64,000 nucleotides of DNA from a virus. Its lineage: Duplodnaviria; Caudoviricetes. Under the pieces are notes generated by a model. The model had not been told where the DNA came from. It searched no databases and saw only the letters and a program-made list of their open reading frames with translations. This document shows, piece after piece, positions 63,300 through 64,000 of this stretch (position 1 is its first letter; each line of letters begins with the position of its first letter). A program made the position numbers and the translations under genes. Location of the stretch: the IMG/VR virus record IMGVR_UViG_3300043414_000372, positions 32,001 through 96,000 of that record. One strand, given 5' to 3'.

Positions 63300-63870
63300 A
63301 TTGCTTAAGTTGTTCTTCAGTAATAGTGTCATTTAATGTCTCAATGTCTGTTAGTTTCATATTAGGAAACAATTCTGCTAATTTAAGTTTGCGTTTTTGG
63401 TTAACTACAAATGCTTCACTTACTGCGTCAATATCATCACTATCTGCCCTAGGATATATCTTCTTGTAATACTCTTTGATATCTTTTAATTTTGCCGGTA
63501 CTTGTAACTTGCTTACTTTGGGACTGATGTTAGGTATCCACTGATGAAATTGTTTACCAACTCCCGGACTACTTGCACACATCATCAACCATTGTAGTTT
63601 AGGATGCTTCTGAATATTCTCATTGAATAGATACTTGTTTGCATACTCAGCCGTACTCATTACATAATATCTGCTCAGTCCTTCGCTACCTTTAATAGCA
63701 CTAAGCCATTGAATCATTGTAAACGGGACAAACTTCTTTTGTTGTTCAGGGCTTAGTCTGTCAAAGAAATCATAATCTTTCTTATCTAATGCGGCAAGGA
63801 CCTCAAACAAGTCTAAATCTTGTTTGTCAAATTTCTCATCAACGGGTACTGCTGCTTTTCTTGTTGCCAT
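63277..63870 (-). CDS. Possible clamp-loader small subunit (gp62-like)
   Basis: P(F/Y)-x-x-x-x-W-x-S, helix with AN and P-x-LQW pattern reminiscent of gp62; weak. Confidence 0.4.
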   Translation of the reverse strand: MATRKAAVPVDEKFDKQDLDLFEVLAALDKKDYDFFDRLSPEQQKKFVPFTMIQWLSAIKGSEGLSRYYVMSTAEYANKYLFNENIQKHPKLQWLMMCASSPGVGKQFHQWIPNISPKVSKLQVPAKLKDIKEYYKKIYPRADSDDIDAVSEAFVVNQKRKLKLAELFPNMKLTDIETLNDTITEEQLKQYERDLGN

Positions 63871-64000
63871 TAGAATGCCTGACTATAATCTATTATCTCA
63901 CAATTACGACTAATCTCTTTTACAAAATATACACATTCGGGTTTAGGTCCATCATTCAATGGTACACATAGAAACTGTCCATTCTTTAATCTAGGAGCGT
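63870..64000 (-). CDS. 3' end of a hypothetical gene entering from the right edge
   Basis: Open frame ...APRLKNGQFLCVPLNDGPKPECVYFVKEISRNCEIIDYSQAF*, TAATG overlap. Confidence 0.7.
   Translation of the reverse strand, partial: APRLKNGQFLCVPLNDGPKPECVYFVKEISRNCEIIDYSQAF

Overview
This 64-kb window is a gene-dense, AT-rich segment of a large T4-superfamily myophage (probably a jumbo phage). It is almost all on the minus strand. No database searches were run; calls rest on motifs read from the sequence. Content: (1) Morphogenesis genes: tail sheath, tube and tube-like protein, gp4-like head nuclease, gp13/gp14/gp15-like neck and tail-completion proteins, baseplate and fibre proteins, a 2858-aa Thr-rich collagen-like fibre, and two beta-propeller adhesins with near-identical 5' ends. 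(2) Replication genes: gp41/DnaB-like helicase, TOPRIM primase, clamp-loader subunits, DEDDh and PD-(D/E)XK exonucleases. (3) Auxiliary genes: PhoH, MazG, Nudix, dNMP kinase, IscA, GroES-like, the start of a DnaJ gene, a GH19 endolysin and a holin-like protein. The IscA sequence hints at a proteobacterial host. Main highlights: a minimised family-C (DnaE-type) polymerase core split into two genes about 53 kb apart with no intein, whose catalytic half is translationally coupled to a DEDDh exonuclease; a coupled tandem array of about 12 small paralogues ending in F-x-L-R-W with 17-bp repeats at gene junctions; a ligase-superfamily (KxDG) protein among probable capsid-packaged proteins; a probable protease-processed polyprotein; a structured 5' leader; and promoters spaced to give leaderless mRNAs. 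No tRNA, rRNA, CRISPR array, integrase or reverse transcriptase was seen.
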